Counted from the stretch's first letter, positions 38,530-53,607 are shown. The stretch is 64,000 nt of DNA from Balanoglossus misakiensis (GCA_040954595.2 CM082591.2:7120047-7184046); one strand, 5' to 3'. Numbers and translations: made by a program. Notes: a model not told the origin generated them from the sequence alone.

Positions 38530-41500
38530 TAATAATAATAATAATAATAATTTATTTCTGCATAATGTAGGCCTCCGGCCCCTTATATGAATACAGAATC
38601 TTGAAGTCGTTCAAGTGACACCGTCCTAAGACTGAATTATAATAACATGTCATGAGGAATAAAGAATAAACAAACAAACAACCAACCAATTCTAACGCTC
38701 ACTCTGCTTCTTTAACTCTGAATGCATGAAAGATAAATAAAGCTAAATTCTTGATTTGATTTACATCTTTTGTCTCCATTAAAGTTTTTAAAGAGTATAG
38801 GGAAGGTGACCTGTAAAATTCACATGGCAGGTACTTTTTCCTCAAAAAATCCCAGAAAGGGCATACTAACAGAAAATGATATTCATCTTCTATATCTTTC
38901 TGACAAAATTTACAGATCCTCAACACCTTGTCTATTTGTCTGTGACGCCCAGTTTCAATTTCTAGTCGATGGCTTCCACATCTAAATCTTGCCAAGGCTC
39001 GGCGATACTTGAAAAAAATCAATACATGAAATATACAGTTCGAGTGTTAAATCTGTTTTGAAATTCCTGGAATAGTTTGTTTTCTCATTTGTACTTACAT
39101 CCGACCACCATTCCTGCCTTTTTACATCATTTACTCTTGTTATAAATTCTGACAGAAAATATCTGTGTCACCTACACCTTGATTTAGCCACACTTGCCCT
39201 AGGCCATAACAAAACAACAAATTTTTCACATCGGTAGCCCATGTATGTTTTCCTTGTTTGTCTTTTTCAAGTAACATTTTGTATGCTTTATGTGGAAGTC
39301 GTGACTCTGACATTTCTAGTATATGGATCCAGTACTTAACACATCTTTTTACATAATAACAGAATAAAGGTAATGTACCGCAATCTCCCAGAACTGTACA
39401 TCTTGGTGTGCTATTTGACACACCTAAAAATCGCCGGCAATATAATGAGTGAACTCTTTCCAAATGTTCATATGGTTGAAATCCCCATACTTCTGACCCG
39501 TAACTAAGTACGGGTAAAATAAAAACATCAAAAAATTTAAAATTCATTTCTAGAGGTAAATATTTCATGTTCTTAATATATTTTCCAAGTGTAAACATTT
39601 TTTTCCTGGCTTTTACAGCCATATTTTTCGTAGTTACCGCTAATGAAATTTTGGTAGAAATAACTAGACCAAGATATTCGTAGGCGCTTTCAACTTTTAG
39701 CTCTTGTCCACCGAAAAACCAACGCTCATATCTACTAAGGTACCCGCCTTTCCTGTATACAACCACTTTTGTTTTTGATAAATTAACCTTCATTTTCCAT
39801 TTCACAGTAAAATCATAAGGGATTTCAGTAAGTCTTGTTAAGCCAACAACTGAGTTTGAAAACAAAACAATATCGTCAGCATATAATAAAAGAAATAACT
39901 GGAGAGCATCATTTGGAAGTAGCTGAATTCCGCTTAATCCAGAATTCTCCAACACGTTTACAAGCTCATTTATATGAAAGCCAAATAAAATCGGACTTAA
40001 CAAACAGCCTTGACGAACGCCCTTCTGCAAATCAAACAGATCTGAAGTAACATCAGCAACCCTCACACTGGCTTTCACATCGGCATACATAGCTTTCAGC
40101 ATTTCATACATTTTACCGTCCATGCCATCCAAGGCAAGTCTATACAAAAGGCGGGTTCTGTCAACAGAGTCGAACGCTTTCTCAAAATCAATATAAAGGC
40201 AGTACAATTTCTTTCCTCTTCCCAGTAGCGATTTCTGGATTATTGCGTATAATGTGAAAAAGTGGTCCACCGTTGAATAGCCCTTACGAAACCCCGCTTG
40301 GCATTCTGAGATAGACTCACTCAGATTTGCCCACTCTTTTATGCGTTCGTTAAGAACACTCGTGAAAATTTTACTAAAAACACTTAGCAGTGTAATAGCT
40401 CTATAATTATCAGGTTTACTAGGATCATTTTTCTTGAAAATAGGCACAATTGTACCAATTGCCCAACACCTTGGGAACACACCCTGATCAAAAATAACAT
40501 TGTACAATTTATTTAGGAAGGGTAACAGAATATCTTTTGAATTCTTAAAGAATTCTGCTACTAACATATCAGGCCCTGCTGATTGATTGTTCTTAAGCTT
40601 ACTGATGGCCTTCAGAATCTCATCATCAGTAATCATACCATTCAAAATATTCGAGAACATTAAATTACCATTTATCGACTCATGTACCCTAAATGGATCA
40701 AACTCATTTAGGAACTTATCCAGTTCGCTTATAAAAACTGAATTTAAGGTTGTATCCTCTACTGACACTTCAAAAAGCGTCGAAAAATATGTCAGCCATT
40801 CGTCCAGTGATATTAAACCGTGCTGCCGATGACCACGTTTCCTTAGTTTAATTACACTCCAAATACTCTTTTCATCTGTCATATTTCTTCTTATTAAAAC
40901 CTGTTCTTTCTCGTCATATTCTCGCTTTTTACAGCGTGTCAAGTTTTTATAACAACTTTTTTCCCTCTTATACATTTGTAATAATTATCTAAATCCTTTT
41001 TTAAACCTGAGTTAGGAAATCTCTGTAAACTTTTCCGCATGTTTGTTTTTGACTTCGAACACTCAGAATCAAACCAATCCATTCTGCAGTGGTAATCTCT
41101 GTGATTTCGTCTAACCAAAGAAAACATATCTTTCGCAGCACTTTTCAAAACATGCGTCACCCCTCAACATCATCGTTAACGCCCAGGTCATTTACAAACC
41201 GCAAGTTATGCAAAAAATCTCTATTTTCGCCAGAGCTGAGGTTTTCTTTGAATTCTTGTAACAACTATACTCATTTCGCCAACGTACAGTTTTGACTAGA
41301 GTTTTACTGTGTACTTTACACTTATATTGAATATTTACTATGAAGGTGCAACATACAGGTAAATGGTCCGATTCATCTCGTATCGGTACCGAAAACGACA
41401 TTACACTGGAGAATAAATCTCGTGATACAAGTACATAGTCTACAACACTTCGCCCTTCATTTGAAATACAAGTAAATTCCCCTTTACGAGAATCTTCCTT

Positions 41501-41541
41501 TCTGCCATTTAACTTATACGACATGTCTTTGCACAGTGTAA
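38530..41541 (-). mobile_element. 5'-truncated CR1/L2-group LINE, copy B
   Basis: ORFs 41192-41524 (APE end), 39140-40975 (RT: QAGFR, DFEKAFD, GVRQGCLLSP, YADD) and 38699-39022 (CxxC..EDEYHFLLVC); (ATT)n tail at ~38530-38550. Confidence 0.93.
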
Positions 41542-41545
41542 TTAA

Positions 41546-42294
41546 AGTGAACCGACACCTTCCTTGTAGAGAGATTCTAATAAAATCTTTGTGAAAAACA
41601 TGAGTGATTTGCGTCGTTTTTATTCACTTTCACTTATCGCGCAGCAGCGTAGCGTCGATCTCGATATGCAGTGTGACGTCACCAACTACGCACCAGTAGC
41701 AGACGCCACCGTGCGCACGCTAACGTACACAGACAGTTGACATGGCTGGCTCCCTCGCAAGTGGGAGCAAAAACAGAGTTGGCAAAAACACGGTGAAAGG
41801 TTTTATAAGAGTTCCCGACCCTTCGGTGGACAGTCAAAATGCAAATCGACCTGAAAAATGGGTGTCAAACATTGGCATATTATTTCGGTGCTTATTGCTG
41901 AGACAGATGATACTTTTGCTTCGGAAATGTTCGTGTTCAACTAGGCCCTATATCGTGAAGCATATTGCAAAAAAAAAAAAACTACACAGCAAAAATTGTC
42001 GAAACAGCCGGGGCTCCTGATTTCCTTTGATCACCATATGACGAAACCGAATTTTTGGCAACTCTGTTTTTGCTCCCACTTGCGAGGGAGCCAGCCATGT
42101 CAACTGTCTGTGTACGTTAGCGTGCGCACGGTGGCGTCTGCTACTGGTGCGTAGTTGGTGACGTCACACTGCATATCGAGATCGACGCTACGCTGCTGCG
42201 CGATAAGTGAAAGTGAATAAAAACGACGCAAATCACTCATGTTTTTCACAAAGATTTTATTAGAATCTCTCTACAAGGAAGGTGTCGGTTCACT
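41546..42294. mobile_element. 749-bp MITE with ~235-bp TIRs and TTAA target-site duplication (Kolobok-like AG...CT ends)
   Basis: TTAA|AGTGAACCGACACC...GGTGTCGGTTCACT|TTAA; the empty site is a single TTAA at ~9072 in copy A. Confidence 0.93.
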
Positions 42295-42609
42295 TTAATG
42301 ATAATCCAAAGTTATAGTAATCATTCTGTCTGGTTCAGATGTGAAAAACAATGTTCTGAGTTAGCCACCTTGCCCTGATGATATTGTCATGAACCAACCA
42401 CCATGACAAGTCAAGGGCCAAACTACCAAGGTCATAGGTCATTTTAAAACGCATGAGGTGGTCAGGTCAACACCCAGGACAGGGCAATGAGTTTGAAGGG
42501 AGATGTAAAACGGTATTTGTGATTGGTTAAGAAAATGAAAATGAATAGACAGAAATATTTATGTAACACATATTATGCATGACAGTCTGAAGAACAAAAA
42601 CAGAATTTA

Positions 42610-44036
42610 TAGATTAAATAAGGCTAAAGCCCTTAAACCCACCACCTACATTTAATACCTGCAACTCCATCAAAGCTTCCATTTTCCTAGTAGACAACTG
42701 CTCTTTGGCCATAGTATACCGCTGTCTGTAACTGGGCAATAATACTATCTTTGACCTTGCCATATGCCGAAGAAGTTGCATGGGTCTAAATATTACTACT
42801 CGCATCACGAGTGTCTGGATGATTTCTATGATTCGATCAAGACCGTCATTGAGAAGGAGATTTTATCTAACATTAAAAACTGTCCATTCAAAGTGTATGC
42901 AGTACAGTTAGATGAGGCATGTCATCTTTACCACTTTGATGAGTTATGTTAGATTTGTAAATGTAGATGGCGAAGTGGAATCACATTTTCTAAGTGTGAA
43001 TAAATTAGAGGGTTGTACTGTTTTAGATATTTATGACGTCATTTCTAGTCTTTTGGTTGATAAACAACTCAATCCTGCCAATTTAATATGTCTTGCCACG
43101 GACGGAGCAAGTGCCATGAGGTGAGTGAAAACAGGTGTTACAACCAGATTTAGAGAACACAACCTTTTTCTTGTTGCAAATCATTGGTTGGTACATAGAC
43201 TAGCACTTGCTAGTGAGAAAGTGGCATATCAGGTGCCATACCTGATTAAATACATACGTGACCTGAATAAGATGGATAAATTGTTAAAAGTTTTTCGCCT
43301 AAATTACTCAGAATGCTTGAAATGAGCAAAGCTGCTCATGGTGAATCGGCAGCCAAAAAAATCAAACAAGTGTTTTTCACTCGATGGCTTTCATTCAGTG
43401 GTTGTGTAGATGCTCTTGTTGGTTGCTTAGACAGTGTAATTTCATGGTTAGTACAAATTGCAAAGGATTCGAACCACAAAGATTTAGCAGTGAGGCTGAG
43501 GGATGTTAAAACGAGTTGCAACATATACCAGTTTATTGCCATGACATACTTTGCAGCTGATGCCATTGGGTTGTTAGCAAGATTGTGTAAGGCTATGCAA
43601 AGAGTCGGCATTTCATGTGTGGATTAACATGAAGGACTAGATCTGCTTTCTCTAATATGATGACTAGAGTAGAAAGGCACAATGCTTCCTTGCAGAATGA
43701 TGATTGTGATGTAGACAGCATCCTTGAATCTGTTGAAAATGTTGCTTCCCATGAAGAAAAAATCACCTCTTTGTTAAATGAAAAGGACATTGATGCATAA
43801 TTATAGAGAGGAATACGGTATGAATTTTCATTGAATATTGGAAATAAAACTCTGCAAACACGAGAGAAATGTGTTGACTTTTTAATTTAATGTACATGCA
43901 CAACAAGATGAAAATTCACACGAGAAACAATATTTTTGTAAAAAAAGTGTGGCTAATGAAATCTTCTTGTGGCTAATCAAAAAATGAAACTATTAGCTAC
44001 AGTGGCTAATAAATTTCAAAACCCAGCGCTAACACA
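42610..44036 (+). mobile_element. Decayed hAT transposon (ZNF862-like), copy B
   Basis: Paralogue of 9390-10945: QLDEA, ATDGASAM, NHWLVHRLALAS, TRWLS. Confidence 0.8.
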
Positions 44037-45631
44037 GTTATCTCCCCCCCCCCCTCAGGTGACAGACTTCAATCCTTTCATGGCAAAGTACAATTAATCA
44101 AAACCTTTATTTTTTACATTTGTGAAAGAGACCAGGCACCTTTGATTTGGTGAATATGTGAATATTTCAGGTACTACTTGATTTATTGCAAAAAATAAAC
44201 CATTAATACTCTACTTGCTGGCATTATTCATACCTGTTGTTGTCAATTTGGAATCTTGTCAGAGATAGGGTCACCGCACTTGTTATGAAAATACAGAACC
44301 ATGAATTTAGTCAATGATAGAAGAAAACTGCTGACTCAGCATTTTCCACCAATGGTTTGTCTACAGGTAAAATTTTTCACAAAATTTATTGCAAAATAGA
44401 GCGCGGTGACCACACAATTTCATTTGACCAATGAATTTATTTTTACATGACTGAGCTACGTGTAAAATTTTTTGAAAATAGTAGTTTGTTTTCCAGCAAT
44501 TATCAATGTAATCCTACGGAAAAAAGACACACATGCACTCTTTATCAGTTATGTTCTGCACGTACATCCTTAACTGTTGCAACTGGCTTTATCTGCAATA
44601 GACCTTATCTGACCTTTACCTCATATATCCAACTGTCCTGTTAACACACATTAAATGGAAATCCAACAGAAAGAAATATATTTGAATTGAATAGAAGATG
44701 ACAAAGTTCCAGTCACCAAAGAATATTTAAAACATTTGATGAATATTTAGTTAGTTGCAGTGAAACATTTTCTAAGTTAATAACTGAACTTCAATAGCTG
44801 ACATGTTCTAAATGGACGATGTCAGTTGAACTTTGACAGAGACCAGACTAGATGTACAACACAGATATTTACTCAGATCACATGACGATCGTGCTTGGTA
44901 TCTCGAGGTACAAAAAATCTGACTCAGTGACTTTTCTGCCATTTTTTCCGGTGATCATGTCACCTGCAGAGCTCTTGATACAGTTGTGTGCCTCAGGACA
45001 GAATTTCTACCTGGTGAAGGAATCAACTTCTCTGTTACAACACTAAGAGGTAATGTTGCATTGAACTTGGTGTGATTTTCTGTCTTTTTCTTTCAGTCCT
45101 CCAACTAAAGCCACACCTTTTTCATTTTCATGTAACAGAAACACACACCTTTAAAGAATTCTATTGGAAATAACTTGACAATTAAGCGCCCAAACTTTTC
45201 TTGGCTTGAAAGATGACCAGAATATTGTGAATATTGTGAATACCAATATACATGTATTTACATGCGACTAATATAACTTATTTCAGATGTACCTGGATTG
45301 AAGCTCTAACTAGGGAAGGAATCAACCACTCAGCAACAACCGTTTTGAGAGGTATGTTCTACTGGAGCTGATGATTTATTATCTTGTTTTTAACTGAATA
45401 CACTGAATACATATAGCCCTGGTAGGTGACATGTTGTAAATGGGTGGTGGCAAAAAGATTCCAAACTCTGATATCACATCTACAACACAGGTATGTGACA
45501 AGTACTGAGCAGCTCTGTGGTACTTGGAACCAGACCTGTTTATGACAATTGAACCTACTGTAGCTTTGGCAGTGAACCATGCATTGAAGTTCTACCTTGT
45601 GAAGGAATCAACCACTCTGTTACAAAATTAA

Positions 45632-46348
45632 GGTGGCATTGCATGAAACCGTCGAGACTTTTTCAGAGGCCTAGTTCTCATCAAAGACAACGTTCAAACC
45701 CCCATAAACCATATATATTCTGGAAGCTGGGTTTTGAACTTTTGTTTGAGTTGCAACGGAAATGGAGGCGTTTTGGGGATAAAAAAAAACATTTTTTGAT
45801 ATTATGTCATTCAATTTAATTTAGGTAAAAAATTTGACCATGCATCATGCATCTTAATATGTCATTCGAAACTAGAGTACACCTGCAAAAAAACTGTAAT
45901 TTTGTTTTGCGTTATCTGCTTCCATTGAGAAGTAACAGCGTTTGAAAGATAGATTTTTAGAAAATTTGATCAAATTCACAGTGAGTTGTATTGAATCAGA
46001 GTTTATTACCGCCAGAGACACTCTATCGACTAAAAAATCCGTTTTGTTGGATGGGTCATACCCAATCCTCTGTTAAAATTTGAGCAAATTCGGCCCACGC
46101 AGAGCGAAGCTAAATTCTTCTGAAGTTGTCAAGAGTAGCGAAAATGCAAACTGAGAAAAACAGCCATCTGCATTGTTGACACCTATTTGTTAAGCTGTTG
46201 ACTCATTCAGAAAAGTGCTATTTTTGGGTGATTATGCACCATATCTGCCAAGACGTATTAATCAAGATGTGGATCAGTATTAGACCTACCGATCTATGTA
46301 AAAAATACAATTTGGCAGAAATCACAACTTTTCATGCAATATGCCACC
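45632..46348. mobile_element. Non-autonomous TTAA-target DNA transposon (Kolobok-like)
   Basis: TTAA|GGTGGCAT...ATGCCACC|TTAA. Confidence 0.8.
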
Positions 46349-47255
46349 TTAAGAGGTATGTTGTATTGAAGTTGGTGATATATTGTGAGTCTTATTATTC
46401 TTTCTTTTCTCAACCATGACGTCTTCCCCATGTGACAGAAACACACGAACACACTCAAAAAGAATTACATCAGAAATACAATGTAATTCTTGACGATTTT
46501 TAGGTCCCATTGGTATAGGCCTATATACCATGGGACCTTATGGGATCGGTTGCGTCTGTATGTATGTATGTATGTATGTATGTATGGATGGATGTATGTC
46601 CGTCCACATCAAAAACTTGAAAACCACTGCGTGTATCACCTTGATATTTGGTGTGCAGATGCAGGCTGGGCTGTAGATGGGAGTTTATTCAAATGAAGTT
46701 GTCATTGCCAAAAATATGCAAATTAGCTGGAAAAATGTGAATTTGGTCAAAACTCAGTAACTCAAGAACTACTGGTCAGCTTGCTTTGCGATGTGGTGTG
46801 TATTTACTCTATTGAGTTGTTTATATACACAGCAAATTCCTGAATGATTACATGACTGGCTAAGTTTTAAAGAGGCCAGCTGTTCTATTTAGTGTATGTA
46901 CAGTACATATGCCATTGGCAGCTTATGGGTCAGTCAGTGTTTGCCCATTGATCTCTCTCTATGTGTGTGTGTGTGTCTGTACCGGTATATGGCCATGTAC
47001 TCTGGTGTAGACTTTTTCTTGTGTATTCCCTCAATGGGACCACTGTGTCCTTGACGCGATTTTTATTGATTTGAATTAATTTTTCTGGCCACATATATGA
47101 TTTATTAATACTGAAGTTTGGAAATAATAATGAAAGCAACTTTATTTTTTATCAATTATTTTAATGCTGTCACATATGCTACCTTCCAGACATGAAAATG
47201 AAAGAATGACACTTATTTCTAAATGCACTGCAGGTCAATTTTGATAAATAAGTAA

Positions 47256-49974
47256 CAGGGCTCGAAATGAACGGGCTATAGCCCCAGGGCCAGGGGCTAC
47301 CAAAAACCTGTCTTGGGGCTACCATTTTCCAATTTTTGGTAGCCCACTCGGCCTACCACAAATTTTCAGTCTGTACAATGTGCTGTGCATTGATCGCAGT
47401 ATCATTAGCGTGCTTTGATCGCAGTATCATTAGCGAGCTTCAGTGGCTGCACTTGTTTTTAGGGGCCCAAGCGTCTGAGGGCGCTTGGGCCCCTAACCCT
47501 AACCCTAACCTCAGGCGCTTGGGCCCCTTCTGTTATTGCTGGAGTTTTTCTTCTTTATTCTTGAGTTGTTTTTTGCTCCCTGGACCTACGCCTATGAAAC
47601 TTGGCACAGTGGTTGGGGCCCATGAGTACTGGTGCACCTGCCCTTTGAATTTGGAATTAGTCACGTGACTTGGTGGCTATAATCGAGCGAAATTTTCAAA
47701 TTGACCTAATTTGCACGTTAGTGGCGGCATTTAAATTCTTTTCTCAAACTTTGTATACCATATGACCAAAATCCCCTGTGCCAAATTTTCAAGGTCCTAG
47801 GCCACGTCGATTTTGAGAAGATTTTTGTAATATTTTTCGCATTTTTTTGGTGGGCTGAGGACGGACACTGGGGCATCGGACTTTAACCGTCATTACGTAA
47901 TGTTGTGGAGATCTCATTAGCAGGGTACTCACTTCTGGCGGGTTGCAGTAGTCCTTGGAAAATCGGCTGAAATACGTAAACAGACCAGTGATTATTTTCC
48001 ATGGAATGAATTTTGGGACAACACATTATCGGAGTTCAGGCTGTGTTAGGGCGTTTTATTGAATTACGCTGAGTTTGTTAGCTGTTGCCGTTCAAATGTG
48101 TCTACGAAGACCCGGCTACACTGGTTAACATTCAATGTAATGCGGCAGCGGACTTTGACCCTCAGTCGCTAATGTTGTGGGAGGTTTTATTAGCATGGTA
48201 GTCACATGTAGTGGATAGTAGTTTGGGAAATTTGCCGGAAATACGTAAGCAGACCAGTGATTTTATTGCACGAAGGGAGTATGGTACCAGCAATAATCAG
48301 AAATCAGGCTTTGTTGCCGTTCAAAAGTTCCTACTTCAGTCGTGACGTTGCAACTGGACAGTCAGTATGGGGTTCGGCCCGCAGGTGGCCGTGGGGGTTA
48401 TCAGGTCGCCCGTAATGGCACGCAGCTTCAAGCAGCTGTATGGGACCAAAATAATACGCCCGATTCGGGGGTCACCTGTGACACCTGCGTAACTCAATTA
48501 TGTGCATGCGTAATTGTGGGGTCAATGAAAGGGATGCTAGCGTGGTATTTGTTGCACATGGATCAATATGAAGTCCGATTTTCCTGTCAAGTTGTGGGCG
48601 ACCTTATGTGACATTTCACAGATGCATGCAGCTTTGGCGTGGGGGGGGGGGGGTATACGGATGGGACCATAATGATATACCAAAGGCGGGGTCGCCTGTT
48701 GCACCTGCCTAAGTCATTGATTTTGTACATTTAATTTTACACTAACCAACAGGGCGATATGTGTGGTTTTTGTTCTACAGGGACGAATGTAAGTGTCAGT
48801 TGCTTTTTGCCCAAATGTATAAGGTGATTTGGATGACCTCTGTCGTACAGTGCCATATCTCAGCACGTTGTACAGGTGCAGCTTTGGTATTTGGAGGGAT
48901 GAAACTATCATGAAATGCCAAATACAGGGGGATACCTGTGACACCTGTTTGATTCATGTATTACGTGCATACCTAATGGTAGGCAAAGTGAAAGGGATGC
49001 AAATGTAGGATTTGTTGCACATGACATAAACAGGAATGAACATTTTTTGTCAAATTTTTGGGTGACCTCAGGTGTCCATTGACCTGCTTTCCATATGTTA
49101 GCATGCACATCATATATAGCCAGGTGTTTGGAGGGGTAGGGTTGGACCCTCTGCGTCATGAAATGCTAAATTCCTGGGGCCACCTGTAACTTACTTGCGT
49201 AACTCATTATTATGGCCATATCTAATTTGACAAACCCAAAGGGCGAGGATTTTCCGTTGTCTTGAATATGAACCAAATAAGAATCCTAATTTTTGGCCCA
49301 ATTTTGGGTACCCTCAGCTGACATTTGAAGTACTTACTGAAGTACTAACAACGTAGAAGTTCACCTTTGGTTGTTGTGTTTGTACTTGTAGGACATGCAT
49401 TTCGGGTGGTTGCCTACTTCCCCATATCTCAACATCGAGAGCAAATACAGCCTACGCATTTGAATGGTACAACCCTGAATGGAGTCTAATGGTTATTCAC
49501 TCTATGCTTGGGCCCATTCAATGCCGCTTGCAGCTTTAATTATTTCCTTGCAGTTGCTTGGTCTCTGGGGACACAATGAAACCACAAACTGGTCCTCTGC
49601 TCTTTTGAGTGGGTCTTTACCTAATTTGCATATCTTGATTAGGTCGTTTGAGTATGTTGATAAAAATACTTGCAACATATTAGTCAATAATCTTTGAGGC
49701 CGACCAGCTGGTCGAGCGTAGTGTGTAGTACTGTACTCTGACATAAGACATACCGGCAGGGAACCACTGTAATACTAAATTTTCCATTGTGGTCAAAATG
49801 CATTGATGACCACCAGTTTCCACATGACTAGTACAAAGTTAGAAGTGACAGTATCACATGAAGTGTTTAATGTGGCGATATTTGTGGGCTACCAATTATG
49901 GGTTTGGGGCTACCAACTTTGGGAAATGGTAGCCTAAGTGGGATACCACTCAAAAAAATTAAATTCGAGCCCTG
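47256..49974. mobile_element. Non-autonomous hAT-like element (TIR CAGGGCTCGAA, apparent 5-bp TSD AGTAA) containing a nested hairpin-initiated repeat
   Basis: agtaa|CAGGGCTCGAA at 47256 and TTCGAGCCCTG|agtaa at 49974, with subterminal GGGCTACC repeats at both ends; only the right part survives in copy A (to ~18028). Confidence 0.7.
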
Positions 49975-52111
49975 AGTAATGATTGACATTTCAACATATT
50001 TCTCCCAAGAACACTTTTGATGGATCATTTAAAACCTAAACTTTACAAATACAATGATAATGCTGCTGGTAACTGTGGTCTGCACACTGCAAATATTTGA
50101 TAAGATAACAAGGTACCAAAGAATAGATTGTGATCACACACCTTTAAGTAATGATAACAGAATTTAGATTAAGGTTTAGCTATTCTGTCTATTATATTTG
50201 GACATGGTGTTAATGTACCCTATAGTATAGATAACATTTAAACCATACATATTGCTGCAGTGTGACCTCATTTGACCTTCCAGGCTTCACTGCCCTTCCA
50301 CAGTATCAATCTGTCAATCATAGAATAACTGTACATGTATATAACTACATGTTATGGCCATGGCAACAAACTTCACACTGAACCAATGTCACTTTCATAA
50401 TTTTTGGAGTTATTTTCCACATTTTGAAGAAAAACTAAGAACAGAAATTAATTGTAGGTGCAGTCGCTACATGTACTGAGTGTTGACAAAATAAATTAAG
50501 GCTGTTTTGAATTATCTTTACAGTTTATTTGGAGGGATTTTGAGACAAGACTGTTTGAAATTGAATGCATTCCGTCAACTTAGTATGTACACAATCAAAA
50601 CTTTGGTTCTTTTTTCCACATTTACAAAGCTCATTTTGGAAAAAAAAATATTTCAGTCTACAGTCGCTTCATGTAACAAGTATGAATAATCCTAATTTGA
50701 GTCATTTTGGAGAATTTTTACTCGTTTTTTCATGAAGTTTGACATGGAGCTGTCTGAAAGTTATGATGTGCGGTCCACTTTCCATCAGATCTCCGTTGCA
50801 TCTGAAAGGATGAAGGTGATTTATCAATTTATGTGTGAAAATAATTCTACTGGTACTTGTTGTATATGTAATAACCCAGGGTACACTGTAACACTCGCTG
50901 AGCTTGATCTTGATCTTGCAAGAAGATGCACAAAGTTGGGATCCAGCAAATTTCCTGATGAAGCACCAATCGCCATCGATGGCGACAACCAAGGCTACGA
51001 GCACGTGATTAACTGCGATCTGCATGCAAATACACTAATTCGCCAACCTTGATGTCATTCTGGTGAGCAGTTTTGTTTCTGGACTTGGATAGCTGGCTGT
51101 ACGGGTGGTTTATAATATGCGCTGTTCGTGTTGTTTGCTAATCAGTTCACGATCAGAAAGTGGGATCTGGTCATTGGTGAACTGGTTTCGCTGTGTCAGC
51201 ATTTCCCGGGCAGATAAACCACGGCTCCTAATGCGGGAGTTGAGTCGTGCTGTAGCTATAGCCAGGTTAAGTGGACTGACAGAATCTTCACCAGGGTCTT
51301 GGCGAAGGAGCTCTAATCTTCCAGTTCATAGATGGCTTTTTCTGCAACTGGGTTTTTGGTGGGGTTCTTTATGCAGCCTATCTCGATGAATGTGCGCAAA
51401 TGGTGGAGAGTTTCATCATTGCGGAGTGCCATGAATCCTGGTGCGGGGTCAACGCGAATGATGGCATGTGGGCCGTCTAGTGGACGTAGCTCTATGCAAG
51501 GCCGTCGCGAAGTGTAACATGGTTTTCATTCTCGATGATGCATGTTGATGTGTAAGAAGTTGTAGTTTCACTGAGGACAAGGATGAGCTGTCGACTGCAC
51601 GTGAGGACATCAGCCGCGTAGTTAATACCAACAACTTCTGGGGGGTCTTCTGTTGTTTGCTCAGCTAGGCTCTTGGGCAGTTTCTTTAAGGAGGCGCATG
51701 TGTGGCATTTGGCCGTTTTGTACGAAGCGCTCCCATTTTTCTCTCAGTCCTTTGCTTTTCGGAAATCTATGTACACTACAGATAGTGTTTTTACAGCGCC
51801 CGACAACGCATCGTTTGACCATAATGATGGGAACGCGGGACTCTCGCTTTGGGCTAGGCTGTGCAACGATTCACTGTTTACATACCGGCAACGACTTCCC
51901 CCAATGACGTCACGTAACGTGGTCTATACGCGGCAAATACGAATTGAGAATTTTTCTGAGCGTCATGAATTTCGACGATTTTATTAATGAATCATTAATT
52001 ATTGAAAACCATAGCCAAAATATAATGTCTTGATTTGGATAAAATTGTTATTTTACTAAATGAATGTTTAACACTCAAATGAAATAAAAATAGGTGTAAT
52101 AATTCCTTTAA

Positions 52112-53607
52112 AGGCGCACCGTCCCTATAAATAGGGGTAGCCAAATGGCGGCGTTCATTGTGTAATTGACTCTGAAGGAGGCAACACGCGGACACACGCT
52201 CCCGAGAATGCATGATTTTCCGAAGTTTTCGACCGCAAAATCCTTCACAATGCATACAAATTCCACCATGAATATGTATCATACCGATTTATGGCGTAAA
52301 TTCCCCAGACAGAGGCAAATCAGGGGCGATTTTCAGCATTTCTTGGCGTCGACGGTGGAGAGTCGAGCCCACAATTTCAGCCGTTGAGAATTCAAACGCT
52401 TGTGCAAACTGAGTCGCTAATCGGACGCATGTTTACGTAATCTCCATCTGTGTTGATTCTCTATAAGCAGTAAACACTGCTAATTGCCCTGCCATCTCCT
52501 TATCTGCGTTCTGTAAACTGGAATGTGTTTTCACGAGATCGTAGATGTGCAATTGACTGCTCACTTTTCGAGGTCATGGCTGTAAAATACACGAGTTGAT
52601 CAAATCGACGTAAAAATGCAAACCTTTTCTACTACTACTATCACGGAAAAAAACACGTTTGTCACACAATTTCACAGGATTCTCTGATCAAAGATTCTTT
52701 GGGCCTGAAAAGAGTAGTTTGACTCGTCTTCCCGAAAAAAAGAAGTGTTTTATATTCACGGTGATTATGCCCACCGATGTCCGACATACGGTAACCGGGG
52801 CAAGATACAAACATGGAAGTAACGCACAACTTTGCACCTTGTTACAAAATTTCGTCAGCCGATTTCCTGAGATATTTCTCTCGTCACGCCAATCATATCT
52901 CCAATCCAGCACGATCCACAACTTTTTGTACAGAGTAGAAAAGAGACCATCTCTACTGTCTATGATTATTTATAGTATCAGCAATTCGAATTACGTTTCT
53001 TTCCTATGACATTTTCGACAAGCATCAACGACCCGGCAAAAGCTGTCGACTGACGCCGTGACCGCGATTATCATCTAAATAAAGCAGACATTTTCGCATT
53101 GTTCATTTATAGCTTGAATTGCTTTGTTGGCTCTATGTGTATTTCTGTCGATCAGTTAACTCGATGACCGGCGGGCTACAGTTTGATCTACGTATATTTC
53201 GGGCAGCGGAACCCTTCTCAAGTTGGGTAGAGAAATTGTACCCGTCACAAGCTAGCCAGGTCGGCCGCGTGTTACGGCTGTGTTGCTATCGGCGAGTCCA
53301 AGGCACGGTCAATATAAATAACACACAGTCCCAAATCGAGCGTCGAAGCCGTCAGAGCGATCGAGCTCTCTGTAACAACAGTGCTCATATGTAGCTAGCT
53401 GGCTGGACGATCGTTTTCATTTATCTGGCTATAGGCCTACTACCGGTAGCACAAATTGACGATCTGTTTATAGGATTAGCTAAGGTGGTAAACTGTTACG
53501 ATTTGTGTGTGTATCTAACGTACTGTAAGTTAAACATCGCAACTAGCCTAATGTATGACTAGGAGGAGCACCTACTAATGCGAGAACCAGGGATTGAAAA
53601 TTGCCCC
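52112..53607. mobile_element. Copy-B-specific ~1.5-kb non-autonomous TTAA-target element (Kolobok-like)
   Basis: TTAA|AGGCGCA...TGCCCCT|TTAA; empty site cctTTAAgctcc at ~19899 in copy A; no convincing ORF. Confidence 0.85.

Noticed and set aside
52112-53607. Short ORFs in the GC-richer insert as a captured or horizontally transferred gene
   Set aside because: No recognisable motifs; bounded by TTAA TSD as a non-autonomous TE.
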